From Felis catus (lineage: Eukaryota), in NCBI RefSeq assembly GCF_018350175.1, contig NC_058368.1, forward strand, positions 143,904,001 to 143,968,000: a stretch of 64,000 nt of DNA, given 5' to 3'. The stretch's first letter is position 1. Each line of letters begins with the position of its first letter. Below the pieces are notes generated by a model. The model made no database searches, was not told the DNA's origin, and saw nothing but the letters and a program-made list of their open reading frames with translations. Shown piece after piece: positions 27,809-39,475 of this stretch. Both the position numbers and the translations under genes were made by a program.

Positions 27809-28544
27809 TTTGTTAATGTTTTATTTTTATCTTTGAGAGCGTCGCGCGTGTGGGGGAAGGGGAGACATAGGATGTGAAGCAGGCTCTGCACTGACAGCAG
27901 AGAGCCCGATGTGGGGCTCAGACTCACGAACTGTGAGATCATGACCTGAGCCAAAGTCGGATGCTTAACTGACTGAGGCATCCACACACCCCTGGATTTT
28001 TCACTTACACATCTCATTTCACCTGACGGTGTATAGTGTCATTTTCTGTAGCAAGTTTCCCCCACACTTCCACCCCTAACTAGCCCTTAAGTTCCAGGAG
28101 AGCAAGGAATTTCTTTGTTCATCATCCAGTCCTCAGGGACCTACCACCACAGTGCTGAGTGACCGAAAGTGTTGAGTGACCACTCTATCTTGTAATCTCT
28201 CCTTACATTAGCATCCATTAGCAACAGCATGAGCAAAATCTAAGTGTATAGCAGAGTTAGGGCAAAAATAAGATGAACTAGAGATGAGGTACAGGTGGGT
28301 ACGGGCCACTAACAAACTAAGAGTTTTGGGATTCCTTACTGTGTGCTAAATCATGTACTTTGAGACTTTATGTCTAGATCACATATAATCCTCACACCCA
28401 TTCTACAGTTGAGGAAAACTGAGGTTAATAGAGGGTAGGTTACACGTGCACATTCACACCAGCCCTTGTTGTCCAGATTTCCCAATTCAAACCCAGACAT
28501 GAGTCCATAGCCCAGGGTCTTTTCTGAGTTACACATTGTTCCTG

Positions 28545-29250
28545 ATGGTCCTCAAAGCCCACAAAATTTCTATCTCCAGCCTCACACTCCTCCCAACTTA
28601 AACATTCAACTGGCGACTTACCCTTTCCATTTAATTCATAATAGGCTTCTCAGGGCGCCTGGGTGGCTCAGTCATATAAGTGTCCAACCTCGGCTGGCGT
28701 CGTGATCTCATGGTTCACAAGATCGAGCCCCACATCAGGCTCTGTGCTGATGTCTGTCTGTCTCTCTCTGCCCTTCCCCTGCACATGTGCACATGCTTGC
28801 CCTCTCTCTCTCTCTCAAAATAAATAAATAAATACATAAATAAATAATAAATAAACAAACAAATATCTATAATAGGCATCTCAAATGTAACAAAGCCAAA
28901 AGAAAACTATGGCTCTTCCTTCCCTAATGTCCTCCTCCTCCCTTTAAGCCTCCCATCTCACCTCATAAATGGCACCATCATCAATCCAGTTGCTGGAGCC
29001 AAATACAGAATAGTTCTTATTCCCACACCCTACTTCTAATCCACACAAAAGTGCAGCTCTACCTCTAAAATTTGCCCAGAAGCCAGCAACATCCCACTGT
29101 AAGCACAACAGCCTACATTAAGGTACCGCACTCTCTCCTCCTCGGGCTGTAGCAACAGCAGATCGCCAAGATTTAAGCTCCATCAGGAGGCATTTTTGTT
29201 CACTGCTGCAGCCTGCTTGCACACAGAACAGGCAGTTAAAAAATACTCAC
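28545..29250 (+). mobile_element. L2 fragment with a SINE insertion
   Basis: TATCTCCAGCCT..TCTCAAATGTAACAAAGCCAAA..AATGGCACCATCATCAATCCAGTTGCT L2 motifs. Confidence 0.65.
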
Positions 29251-29664
29251 TGAAGGAACAGCTCTGACTGCTCTCCCTACCTCCACTCCAGTCCCTAATA
29301 TGGCTGAGTCTTCACAGCTCCCGAAGTGATCAAAGTGTAAATCAAACCACAGTTCCCACTGAAACAAGAACAAAGCCCAAACTCCAAAGGCAGCTGACAG
29401 TCCCTGGCCGCATCGGGACCTGCCTGCCTCTCTACCTCACCGGCCTCACCGATGATACTCCAGCCCCCCTGGACTCCCTTCAGTCCCACCCAAAGGCACT
29501 CTGCCACCAGGTCTTGCTCCAGTACTAGCACTTACTGTTTCATTGTTTACGTGGTTTGCGGAATACCCCCACCCACAAATAAATGGACCCCTGAGGGCAG
29601 AGATGATTTTGTCTGGCTCACTGCCCTATCTCTAGCTCCTGGAACAAAACAGATGTTACAATAT

Positions 29665-29930
29665 CGTGAGATAGCCAGAAAATATGATTATTTCTTCCTC
29701 CCTGGTATGGGAGGCCAAGGAGACCTGTGACTGGCTTCTGAAATTCAGGGCTAGGGGCAGTCTTACCCAACTAAGCCCTTAACTTGTGGGACACTAAATC
29801 CAGGTGGTGTCATAACTGAATTGAATTGTTGTATGTCCAATTGGTGTCCAGGGAGTTGGGAAACTGGTTGGTATGAGGGGGGAAAAACCCCACACATTTG
29901 GTATCAGAAATGCTGTGAGTAAAAAGTTTG
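29665..29930 (+). mobile_element. MER21-like LTR fragment
   Basis: Contains ACTGAATTGAATTGT..TTGGTGTC..AAAACCCCACACATTTGGTATCAGAA, which I recognise from MER21 3' ends. Confidence 0.6.
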
Positions 29931-31807
29931 TGGGTGCTCAGATTAAAGAAAAGCTTGGTAGAATAAAAGATAAACTAAATAACACAGTTAATTAATTAAT
30001 TTAAATAAATAGGTAGGTAGACTTAATTACGATATGCCGAGTCCTTTTAATGTACACCTAACAGCCTCATTCGTAGGAAATCATAGTGTCATCACCCCCT
30101 CACTGTGTTGAGACCCACCACAGTGTTGCCTCAAGCAGTCCAGAGAAAGCAGAAGTTAACTTTCCTGTGATGAATGGCCAGGATTTGGTTCTTTCCAAAG
30201 CCCTGAGAGGGGGATTTTAGAAACGAGTCCTTCAATCCTGCCAAAATATCAACCATACCAATAATTCTTTTACAAGACCCACTTCAGTACTGGTAATCAT
30301 TTTCAAAGCCCTAAATTAGCTGTTTGGAGTCACAGAAGGCCTCAAGGGCCTTTCAAGGGAATAGGGGAGGACAGATGCTCCTAAATATCTATAATTACTA
30401 AATAATGGAAAGTGTGGCATCAAATTGGAAAGCAACTGGAAACAATGAAAGATGTGCAAAGTTTTGAGATTGGGAACATTCAGAAAATAGCTTTTCCAGT
30501 CCACGTTGGTCTCAGAAGCCCTGGTAAGGGGGTAAGCATCCTCTCTCTCCTTGCCGGACTCAAGGCAAGGCATTACACCTCGAGTTAAAAATAGTTTCCT
30601 CATCTCCAAGAAGAACAACGCGAATGCATGTCAGGTACAGTATTAGACCTCTCAGCGTCACACGGCCACTCGAAAGAGGGCGTATTATCTGCCAGAATAA
30701 TCGGCCAGTAACGAAAACTCACAGTTTAACCCCTGCATCACTTACCGGCCGGCTTTGACTGCCGTGAGGTTGACTGGATTCGGAAGCAAGAATATCCCCG
30801 TACCTGAATGCCCCCCGGAGTTACATTCATTTGAAAACAAACAAACAAAAACACCCCACTAAAATTATGTGCAGAAATGCTGTACAGAATAGGGAGGATA
30901 GGCAAGAGGGAGTTCGACATCCGGAAGGCTTTGCTTACTTCGTCTTTTCTTACTCGGCAGGAAGGCGTGAAATTAGCATTAAAGAGTTAAAACCTACTAA
31001 TTCTGCCCAGATGCGCTACTAACCAGTAGGAGTCGCCTATCCAAAGTAGACAAATATATTTTAAGATATTATATGAGGGTAACTGGCAAGTTCAGTTGAA
31101 AGAAGGGACGGGAAGGCTCGAGCTCTGCCCAGGCAGCAGGTAGCGTGCAGCGAGGGTTGCGTCGGGAAACTCAGGAAGCAGGGCTGGGTTAGTCTTCCCT
31201 GCGCGCGGCCCTGAGAACCATACTTTGGAAACAAGGTTTCGAGACGTTCTGGAAGGCACAGAGCCAATGCTCTAGGCTTGCAAGATGCCAAGGGCAAACT
31301 GCCTGCGCCATATGACCCGAGTTTTGTTCACCGCATGAGAAAGAAGACGTTGCCCAAACGTACGTCTTTTTCCGGACTCATCAGGTAAGCCGAACCTGGT
31401 GGGCTACGGGGCTCAACCCCACACACCCTTGCCTTGAGGGGTCGGCGACACTCTCCAGGAGCAGTCGGGATCCTTCGCCCGAGCCCTGCCTGCCCCGCCC
31501 TAAGCGAAGTCCCTAAGACCGGACGGGAAGACCTCAGGGTCTCCTCTTGGGCTTCCCCGAGTGCCTTCCAGCTCGCGCGCGGCACAGGGCTTCCCCGACG
31601 GCTGAGCGCCGCGCTCGGGCCCGAGGCACTCACTCACTTAGACTGCGCAGTGTCAGCCCCGGGCGACCCACCACCCGCCTCACTTTCAGCCGAAGATCTG
31701 GATCTGGGACTTGCATCCAGGGAAGCCGTAGGTGCCTGGGCTCCCCACCCCGTAGCCCGACCCACCTCCCCCCACCCCCCACCCAGCCGCACGCTTCCCC
31801 AGCTCAC

Positions 31808-31834
31808 CTGGCCCGCACAGCACTGCGCTGACAT
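31808..31834 (-). CDS. SERINC5: SERINC5 (serine incorporator 5) coding exon 1, MSAQCCAGQ
   Basis: The reverse complement reads GCCGCCAGG ATG TCA GCG CAG TGC TGT GCG GGC CAG|GTGAGC. This gives an ATG with a Kozak-like upstream context, the N-terminus I recognise from mammalian SERINC5, and a canonical phase-0 donor, all inside a CpG island. Confidence 0.95.
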
Positions 31835-32120
31835 CCTGGCGGCTGACGACCACGGGCTTGCTCGCCCGCTCCCCGCGTCCCTCCGGCCCTCCTGGCTCCC
31901 TCCAGCCGCGATCACCCCTTTCTGGACCAGCTCACGCCTCCACGCCGATCTGCCCCAGCCAAGCGCCAGGCACCGCCGCCAGGGTGAAAACAACCGCCGC
32001 CAAACCCCGCCCCGCCGCTGCAGACCCCGCCCGCCCCCTCGAGCCACGACAGCCCTTGCTCCGCCCCGTGCCCGCCCCCTCCCAGGCGGTCCGCCGCGGA
32101 GCAGGCTCGCCCGGGGCTCG

Positions 32121-32167
32121 CACTTCCGCTGGCGTCAGGCGGCGGGGCGGCTGCCATCACTTCCCGG
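32121..32167 (-). promoter_or_regulatory. Core promoter motif cluster: two ETS/GABP-like sites, CRE half-site, GC box, YY1-like site
   Basis: CACTTCCG at 32121-32128, GCGTCA at 32132-32137, GGGGCGG at 32144-32150, GCCAT at 32153-32157 and CACTTCCCGG at 32158-32167. About 290-330 nt upstream of the ATG; no TATA box. Confidence 0.65.
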
Positions 32168-32819
32168 TGCAGTGAGAGCTCCGAAGTCCGCCCACCGTCG
32201 GGCGGGCCCGGCGCTCCCGTGCTCCCGCGCCGGCCTGACTGCGCTCGGTCCTGAGGAGAGCGCAGCGCCCCTTTGACCCCCAGCTCCAGTCAAGGAGCTG
32301 GTTGCTAGCTCCAGTAAAGCTTAAATCCTTAACTGAACGATTGCTGAGTGACCTGCACCGAACCGAACCGAACCAACGCAGTAGGGACCACCGAGTGCGG
32401 GTTGACTGTCTGCCTCGAGCCAACGAAGACATGCCCTGGATTCCTGTTTCTGAAATCCCTTACCTCCCTCCTTTGTCAAGAAAACTGAACTACTTTAGGG
32501 AAAAGCCCCTCTGCCCAAGTTTCCTTGAATCTGTGGGCACCTGGCTGTTCTGCCAGGCACCCTGGGGGATTCAGTGAGAGCCCTTTCCTCCCTTCCCTGG
32601 ATATTGATCTATTTTCCAGCCTCCATCCCCGCCCAGGGACTTGGTTTGCATCCCTGCCTCCTTTCACCCGACCTGCTTTAAAAACGGGTCCCAAATAATC
32701 GCTTTTTACATGCAGAAGACAGAGCACTCCTAGTTTTTCTCCGTACCGAAATCTGCTCTCCTCGCAGCCACTTCAAGAAGAGGAGTTTGTTAGTATGAAC
32801 TTTGCCCCGTGCCCTTTTA

Positions 32820-32960
32820 CTTTAAAATAAACATTACTGTACCCATTTTACAAATGAGGAAACTAAAGCCCAGACACGTTAAACAACTTGCCCAAAGTTT
32901 CACAGCAAAGCTGAAGAAGCAAAATTGGGACTGGAATCCACTTGTCTGACCCCCTAGCAC
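32820..32960. mobile_element. MIR (others at about 1150-1320, 3190-3420, 6210-6330, 27210-27430, 28350-28530 and 61330-61560)
   Basis: MIR core CCCATTTTACAAATGAGGAAACTAAAG..AACTTGCCCAAAGT. Confidence 0.75.
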
Positions 32961-34017
32961 TTGATGCAAAGCCTGCCCTTAAATGGACTCGCTTTCAAGA
33001 CAGAGCCTTTGGCCAAGTATTGTCTTCTCTCGAAGAATAGAAGCTGGAGCATAGAAAGTCGAATGGGAACTGAGTTTTTAATGAGCTGCACAGGATCTCC
33101 TAGAATCTCAAATACCTGAGTTTAGAGGAAGAGAAATAATGGAGCAGGCCCTACTCAGAGCCATGGAAAGTAACAACAAGTGGCTCTAACTAAAATTTGG
33201 AAATAATAATAAAGCAGAGAAAAAAATTAAAACAGCATAAATAGAAGCAGACTAGTGCAGCAACCTGCTCCATGGTGGCCTGTAACTCATCCCAAACAGA
33301 GGTCACCTTGGCCCCATTTCTCACCTGGGGAGATTAGTTGGACATCTAGAGTTTTTGTCCATCTGGGAAGAGCCAAACAGCTTCTGGGAAAGGGGAGGTG
33401 TGACATCTATGTACGTTTGAGCTGTCTGGGATCCAAGCCTCCTATCCAGTTAGGGTAGCTGAGGCTCAAGAAGGCAGAGGATCCTCACCAGGGACCGCTG
33501 GGATAGATAGAGGCGGAGCTGGTAGCAGGATGAGGCCTCCTGACCCTGAATCCTGTGCCCTTTCTGCCAAATCAATTCCAATGTGGGAGGGTTCCGTGAC
33601 TGTTATCATTGCCAGCCTGCTGGGGAGTTAATGAAAGAATAACTCAGGGATTTGTCAATCCTGCCACAAGGTACAGAAAAGCATAGTGGAAGCCCAACCT
33701 TCCAGAGGCAGGAAGTTGCAAATTTTAACTCTACCCAGAACTGGCTGGACCACCTGTGAGTCTCAGTTTTATCATCTGCAAAACAAGGCTAATAATGCCC
33801 CCTCCAAGGGGTGCCTGGGTGGCTCAATTTGTTGAGTGTCTGTCTCTTGATTTTTGCTCAGGTATCCCAGGGTCATGGGATGGAGCCCTGAACCCCGTGG
33901 CAGGTTCTGAGTTGAGCATGGAGACTGCTTAAGATTCTCTCTCTCCTCTCTCTCTGCCTTTCCCCAACTCACGCTCACCCTCGAGATCACTCTGCTCTCT
34001 CACTCTCTCGCTCTCAT

Positions 34018-34075
34018 GAAGGAAGGAAGGGAGGGAGGGAGGAAGGAAGGAAGGAAGGAAGGAAGGAAGGAAGGA
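34018..34075. repeat. (GGAA)n/(GGGA)n microsatellite
   Basis: Read directly; forms a SINE tail. Confidence 0.9.
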
Positions 34076-37000
34076 ATGACATACACTCTCCAAGGATTAG
34101 ATAAACTCACCCCTATAGACCATGCCAAACAGGGCCTGGCCTTCTTAAGCAGACTGAATAGCAGCCCTGACTGATATTAATAAAGAAGTTTAAAGGATAT
34201 TGAGAAATAATCTGTGCAAGCTGATTCCCCCATCCCTGCTGGAAGATTTCAAAGGCATGTGGCCTTGTGTAAAGGTTTACCACCTTCCTTGCTCTGAGGG
34301 CTGTACTGTTACTATTTAAGGGCTGGTTGGTAGCATCCTTTGCATCTGTGGTTAGTTAACAAGAAGAGAAGTAATGTCAGCAGACATAACATAAAACAGT
34401 GGCACCTTAATTTTATTTTAAGTACTCTGAAGACTTTTTTCAAGGAAGACAGTTGTATATGGTGTTCTTCACATGTAGATACTTTTACAGTCCATCTCTT
34501 TTGATTTGGGTTTTTCAGGAATACGCAGTAATAGACCTCCTTTAATAAGACTAGCTCTTGGCACACCATGTGAAATATTTCCCCCACAAAAATTTTCTTA
34601 AATTAACTGAATTAGCTCCTTTTATGCAATATAATTATATCTGTATATATGAAATATTATAAATAACCAGCTTATAATTTGCTTTTTTCTCCTCCCTAAT
34701 TTGAAGGGCTTTTTTTGGTTTTTCCTTTTTAGGAAGTAGAAGTCAATGTTGAGTTTGAAACACCACTCACTAAGGATGCCTGGGTGGCTCAGTCAGTTAA
34801 GTGTCTTGACTTTGGCTCTGGTCATGATATCAAAGTTCTGAGGCTCTGTGCTGACAGCTCAGAGCCTGGAGCCTGCTTCGGATTCTGTGTCTCCCTCTCT
34901 CTCCCTGCCCCTCCCCTGCTCTCTCTCTCTCTGTTTTGCAAAAATAAATAGACATTAAAAAAAAAAAAACTCACTGAACTAAAAACAACAGTGGTATATA
35001 CTCATATTATTAAAGAAAAAAGCTAGTCATAAACACCCACGAACCTTCATTATAATTTAGTGTCCAGTTCAATAATGGCTTAAAAGCAAATAAAATTAAT
35101 TACTCTAACTCCCTAAAATTTTCTCACCTTTAAAAAAAAAACAACCTAGTGATGCATTTGGTTAGTTTTTATTTTATTTTTTTAAGTTTATTTATTTATT
35201 GTGAGAGAGACAGAGAGAGAGAAAGAACATGAGCAGGGGAGGGGCAAAGAGAGATGGAGAAAGAATCCCATGCAGACCCCCAAGCTGTCAGCAAGGAGCC
35301 CAATGTAGGGTTCAAACCCAGGAACTGTGAGATCATGACCTGAGCCAAAACCAAGAGTGGGACACTCTGAGCCACCCAGGAACCCTTCTGTTAGTTTTTA
35401 AATAAAAAAGAAGAAATTTATCTAATCTTCATTATAAACTCTCTAGGGACCTCAATCTACTAGCGGAAATTGTATTAATTTCAATTACAATAAACAACAA
35501 AGTCTTCATTTAGAAAGAAAGAGCTATAGATTTGGGACCCCAAGCAAAAAATAATGAGAGCTCTGTATTGCCCTTACCCCACTCTTTCTGGTAATTGCAT
35601 TCTCCTTTATTTCTGCTAAATTCACATACGCACAATGGTTTTTTTTTTTTTGATGTCAAAAACAGGACAAAACATAAAATAAAAAACAGCATCTCCCTTC
35701 TCCACACCCTACTTTTCAATCCCCTCTCCAGAGCCAAACACTTTCAATTATTTTAGCAGTTTTCCCTTATTACCTCCATATTTTCAAATAATATTCTTAT
35801 GCTGTTATTTCCCGATCTGTTGGCTGTATTTATTGTACATTATCTTTTGTTTCATGTAGTCTGAAATCTTAACCCACTGAACATTCCATCTGACATCTTG
35901 CCGACCTAATCATATCACAGTGTTCATAAAATTAAAGTCAACGTTTATGTAATAATAAATGGTAAAGATATTCTTTGCATAACCACAAAATTGTATAATG
36001 ATAACATTTTTTCTCGTCAATTTTTTTTTCAATCCCATCCACCTTACCTGGAGAGACAGTATATTCTCATGGTTGAGAGTAGAGACACTAGGGTCTCCTG
36101 GGTGGCTCAGTCGGTCAAGCGTCCAACTTCGGCTCAGGTCATGATCTCACAGTTGGTGGATTCAAGCCCCGAGTCGGGCTCTGTGCTGACAGCCTGGAGC
36201 CTGCTTCGGATTCTGTGTCTCCTCTCTCTGTTCCTCCCCTGCTCACGCTCTCTCTCTCTCTCAAAAATAAATAAGATTAAAAAAAAATTTTTTTTTTAAA
36301 GAGTAGAGACTCTGGAGGGGCACCCGGCTGCATCAGTTATAGAACATGTGACTTGTTCTTGGGGTTGTAAGTTCAAGCCCCACGTTGGGTGTAGAAATTA
36401 CTTAAAAATAAAATCTAAACAAAAAAATATTAAAATCTATACACATTAAACCACTTACAACAGCACCTTGCATGGATTAAGTATTCAGTGTCATGTTTTA
36501 CTTGCGTGAATTTGTATGTACCTAATCTTGATTTTTCTCCATTTGTCCATGTGAACTATCATAATTCTTTTTCCCAGATATCCACCATATCAGATAACCT
36601 ATTGATTCCATTTTCCACAAGAGTTTTCTCTTTCTCCCACAGCTTTCCAGAGGACCCCAATCTGGATCCCTCCAGGCTGCTGCCCCACTGTCCTTCTGGC
36701 ACCCCCCCCCCTCCTCCTTGCCACTCTCCTCTGTTGGATATCTGGCTTTCTGGAGTGTTCTTTCTTAGTTAACTCTCATTTTGGTGAGCACAGCAGCTTT
36801 GGGACACCAAACTCCTGCTTTTAACCCTATATGGACCTTCCTTGAGTTTCCCAACTTAAAATAAAAATCACTCACCTTCCTTTTTAACACTAATTCGGGG
36901 CGCCTGGGTGGCTCAGTCGGTTGGGCGTCCGACTTGGGCTCAGGTCATGATCCCGGTGCGTGAGTTCGAGCCCCGCGTCAGGCACTGTGCTGACAGCTCA

Positions 37001-37908
37001 GAGCCTGGAGCCTGCTTCAGATTCTGTGTCTCCCTCTCTCTCTGACCCTCCCCCGTTCAGTTCATGCTCTGTCTCTCTCTGTCTCAAAAATAAAAATAAA
37101 CATTAAAAAAAAATTAACACTAATTCTTATGTGTTAAGTCACATCCTACCTTAGTGTCCGTTACCTCTTGTCTCCTCATTTGCTCTTTTCCAAGAGTTTT
37201 TTTTTTTTAAGTTTATTTATTTATTTTGAGAGCGAAAGAGCACACACTCATGCAAGTGGGAGGGGGGGAGAGAGAATCCCAAGCAGGCTCCTCACTGTCT
37301 GCATAAAGTCTGAAGTGAGGCTCAATCTCTGAAATCAACAGTTGGACACTTAACTGGCTAAGTCACCCAGATGCCCCTCTTCCAAGTATTTTCAGTCCTT
37401 CCTTTCTATTGAATAATTCTCAAGCTATACACATGGTCAAATTTCTCCCAAATTAAACAACAAATGAAAACCTTTTTTTTCAATGTTTTGTTTTGTTTTC
37501 ATTTTTGTTTTTGTTTTTCCTTAAGAGAGCAAGAGCTGGGCAGGGGCAGAGGGAGAAGGGGACAGAGGATCTGAAACGGGCACTGCACGGACAGCAGACA
37601 GCCCAATGGGGGGGCTGAAATTCACAAACCATGAGATCATGACCTGAGCCACCCAGGTGCCCCAAATGAAAACCTTTTTTGATGCAGCTACTACCCTTTC
37701 CTCTTTTTGCCTTAAGACTTCTAGGAAACAAAGATTGGTGCTTCATCTTTCTGAACCTTCTCTGGCCTGGCTTCCGGCCCTCCAGGCCACCCACGCTGCT
37801 CCTTCTGAGGTCCCTGGTGCCCACTGTTCCTGCTCTTCAGCCTCCTGCTTGTTTTGGGCAGGAAAAATAATACCTGCTTAAGATATTTTTCTTTTTATCT
37901 CTTTACCC

Positions 37909-38271
37909 TGTTAAACAAAAACAAACAAAAAAACACAGGCCCCAAAAGGTATCATTTACACCAAGTTCCCAAACTGGGACTTAATACATAATCATATTGC
38001 GGTTTCAACCTCTCCAAGAAATACGGTCTTAACCCGTCAGTCAGGAATTTTTCAATAGGTACGAAAGAGTCAGCCACCTGGGTCCCCTTCACCTGCCAAA
38101 GAAAGATGCAGTAATCTGCAAGGTAAGGAACCTTACTTTTCTCTCACAAAAAGCACCCTCATCTGAAACAATCCTTTTCTTTTGCTAATAACTCTCTTGC
38201 CCCACCCTCCTTCTAGAAAAACCTTCCGTTTTGTACATTCAGTGCACCTCTCTGTTGAATTTCATTAAACA
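37909..38271 (+). mobile_element. Solo LTR related to family A (upstream of SERINC5)
   Basis: TGTTAAA start, CACAGGCCCCAAAAGGT and AAACTGGGACTTAATAC motifs shared with 20956-21571, end AAACA. Flanks are ACCC and ATCC. Confidence 0.72.
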
Positions 38272-38976
38272 ATCCAAAGGCAGAAAGAAAGTCGAATGTA
38301 AGTCCATTAATTCCTATTGAGAGGAGGGTTTTCTCTTTAGTTTAGTTTTTTATGTTAATTCAAATATGGTAAACGTAAGTGTTCTGTTAAAGTGTTCAAT
38401 GCAGTGATTCAACCCTCATAGAACACCCAGTGCCCTTCACTGGTGCACTCCTTAATCCCCATCACCTACTCACACATGCCCCACACACTTCCCCTCTGGG
38501 AGGATTTTTTTTATACTTTTATTTTTTACAAATTAAAGTAATGAATGTAAATAAGGTAGCAATTTCTAAGGGTAGATGCTTTAGAGAACTGGAGAAATCT
38601 TTTGTAATGGTCAGTTATTTTGTCAGTATGGAACGCTAAGGATTTTTCAGCACTTAGATCATTAAAGTGTTTTGCCTCAGTATTTTAAAGATTCTCCTTT
38701 TATCCTATCTTATTATTAATTTGCTTGACAAGTCCTTTGAGTATAGATAAGGCAAAGGAAAATATTTCTTGTAATACCCCAGGGCCCAAATTTCAAATTA
38801 ATGAAGAAGGGAGAGTGTTTTTCAATGGGTTTTTCAGCATTGCTCAACCATTCTGGGAACAAATCATTTTCTTCTAAATCCTCAGGTTAATAGCCTAGAC
38901 TTAATATCAATGGAAAGGAAACATATATATGTATAATGTGAATATATATTCCTCCACCCATCTCTGAGTTGTATCG

Positions 38977-39475
38977 TGAGAAGGGGCCAAGGACAGACTG
39001 CCCCAAGATGGACTGTTTGACATGAAGATTATTTTGAGTTAAAAGCAATTAAAACCCAGGAGATTCAGGAAAAGCGCTTTACCTCCCACTCAACTGCCTA
39101 AATTTACATTGGAAAGGAGAGCCTCCGCCAGGGAGAGAGCTATTAACAGAGATCTCTTTATCTGAGGAACTGTCTCCATAACAGGGCAACCTTTGTTTCT
39201 CAAACATCTCCTCTCACCTTCTGGTTAGAAATCGCCCCCACTCCCCCCCCCTTCCTATCTTCAGACCCTTCCCCCTCTCCTTAGCTCTGGAAGTCAAATA
39301 AGCCTCAAGTTGCACGTTAAGGGAATGTCACGTCTGTGGATTCCCCATAGGAAACTACATAGTACGTAGGAAACTAAATTTGATTTTCTTCTGTTAATCT
39401 GTCTCACATCATTTTGATTTTTAGTCCAGCTCGAAGGAACTTGAAGGGCAGAAGAAACTTTTTTAAGTCTCCATT
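38977..39475 (+). mobile_element. MER34-like ERV1 solo LTR
   Basis: GATTATTTTGAGTTAAAAGCA and CTGTTAATCTGTCTCA...TTAGTCCAGCT motifs shared with the other two copies. Confidence 0.7.

Larger units (their letters stand above)
1..31807 (-). other. SERINC5: SERINC5 intron 1 (continues past the window start)
   Basis: Starts at the GT donor (31806-31807). I found no sequence encoding the expected exon 2 (LACCCGSAGCSLCC...) in 1-31807. The region is repeat-rich. Confidence 0.85.
30600..32450. promoter_or_regulatory. SERINC5: CpG island covering the SERINC5 promoter, 5'UTR and first-intron shore
   Basis: Sharp rise in GC and CpG content (core about 31400-32280) against the CpG-depleted, AT-rich flanks. 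No SINEs here. Confidence 0.92.

Noticed and set aside
31912..32160. 82-aa minus-strand ORF as a SERINC5 uORF
   Set aside because: Its ATG is part of the YY1/ETS promoter motif and is probably upstream of the TSS; there is no evidence it is in the mRNA.
31434..32276. 280-aa ORF on the + strand and other overlapping Pro/Arg/Ala-rich ORFs
   Set aside because: Non-ATG start, low complexity and antisense to SERINC5 exon 1. This is the expected stop-codon scarcity of a CpG island.
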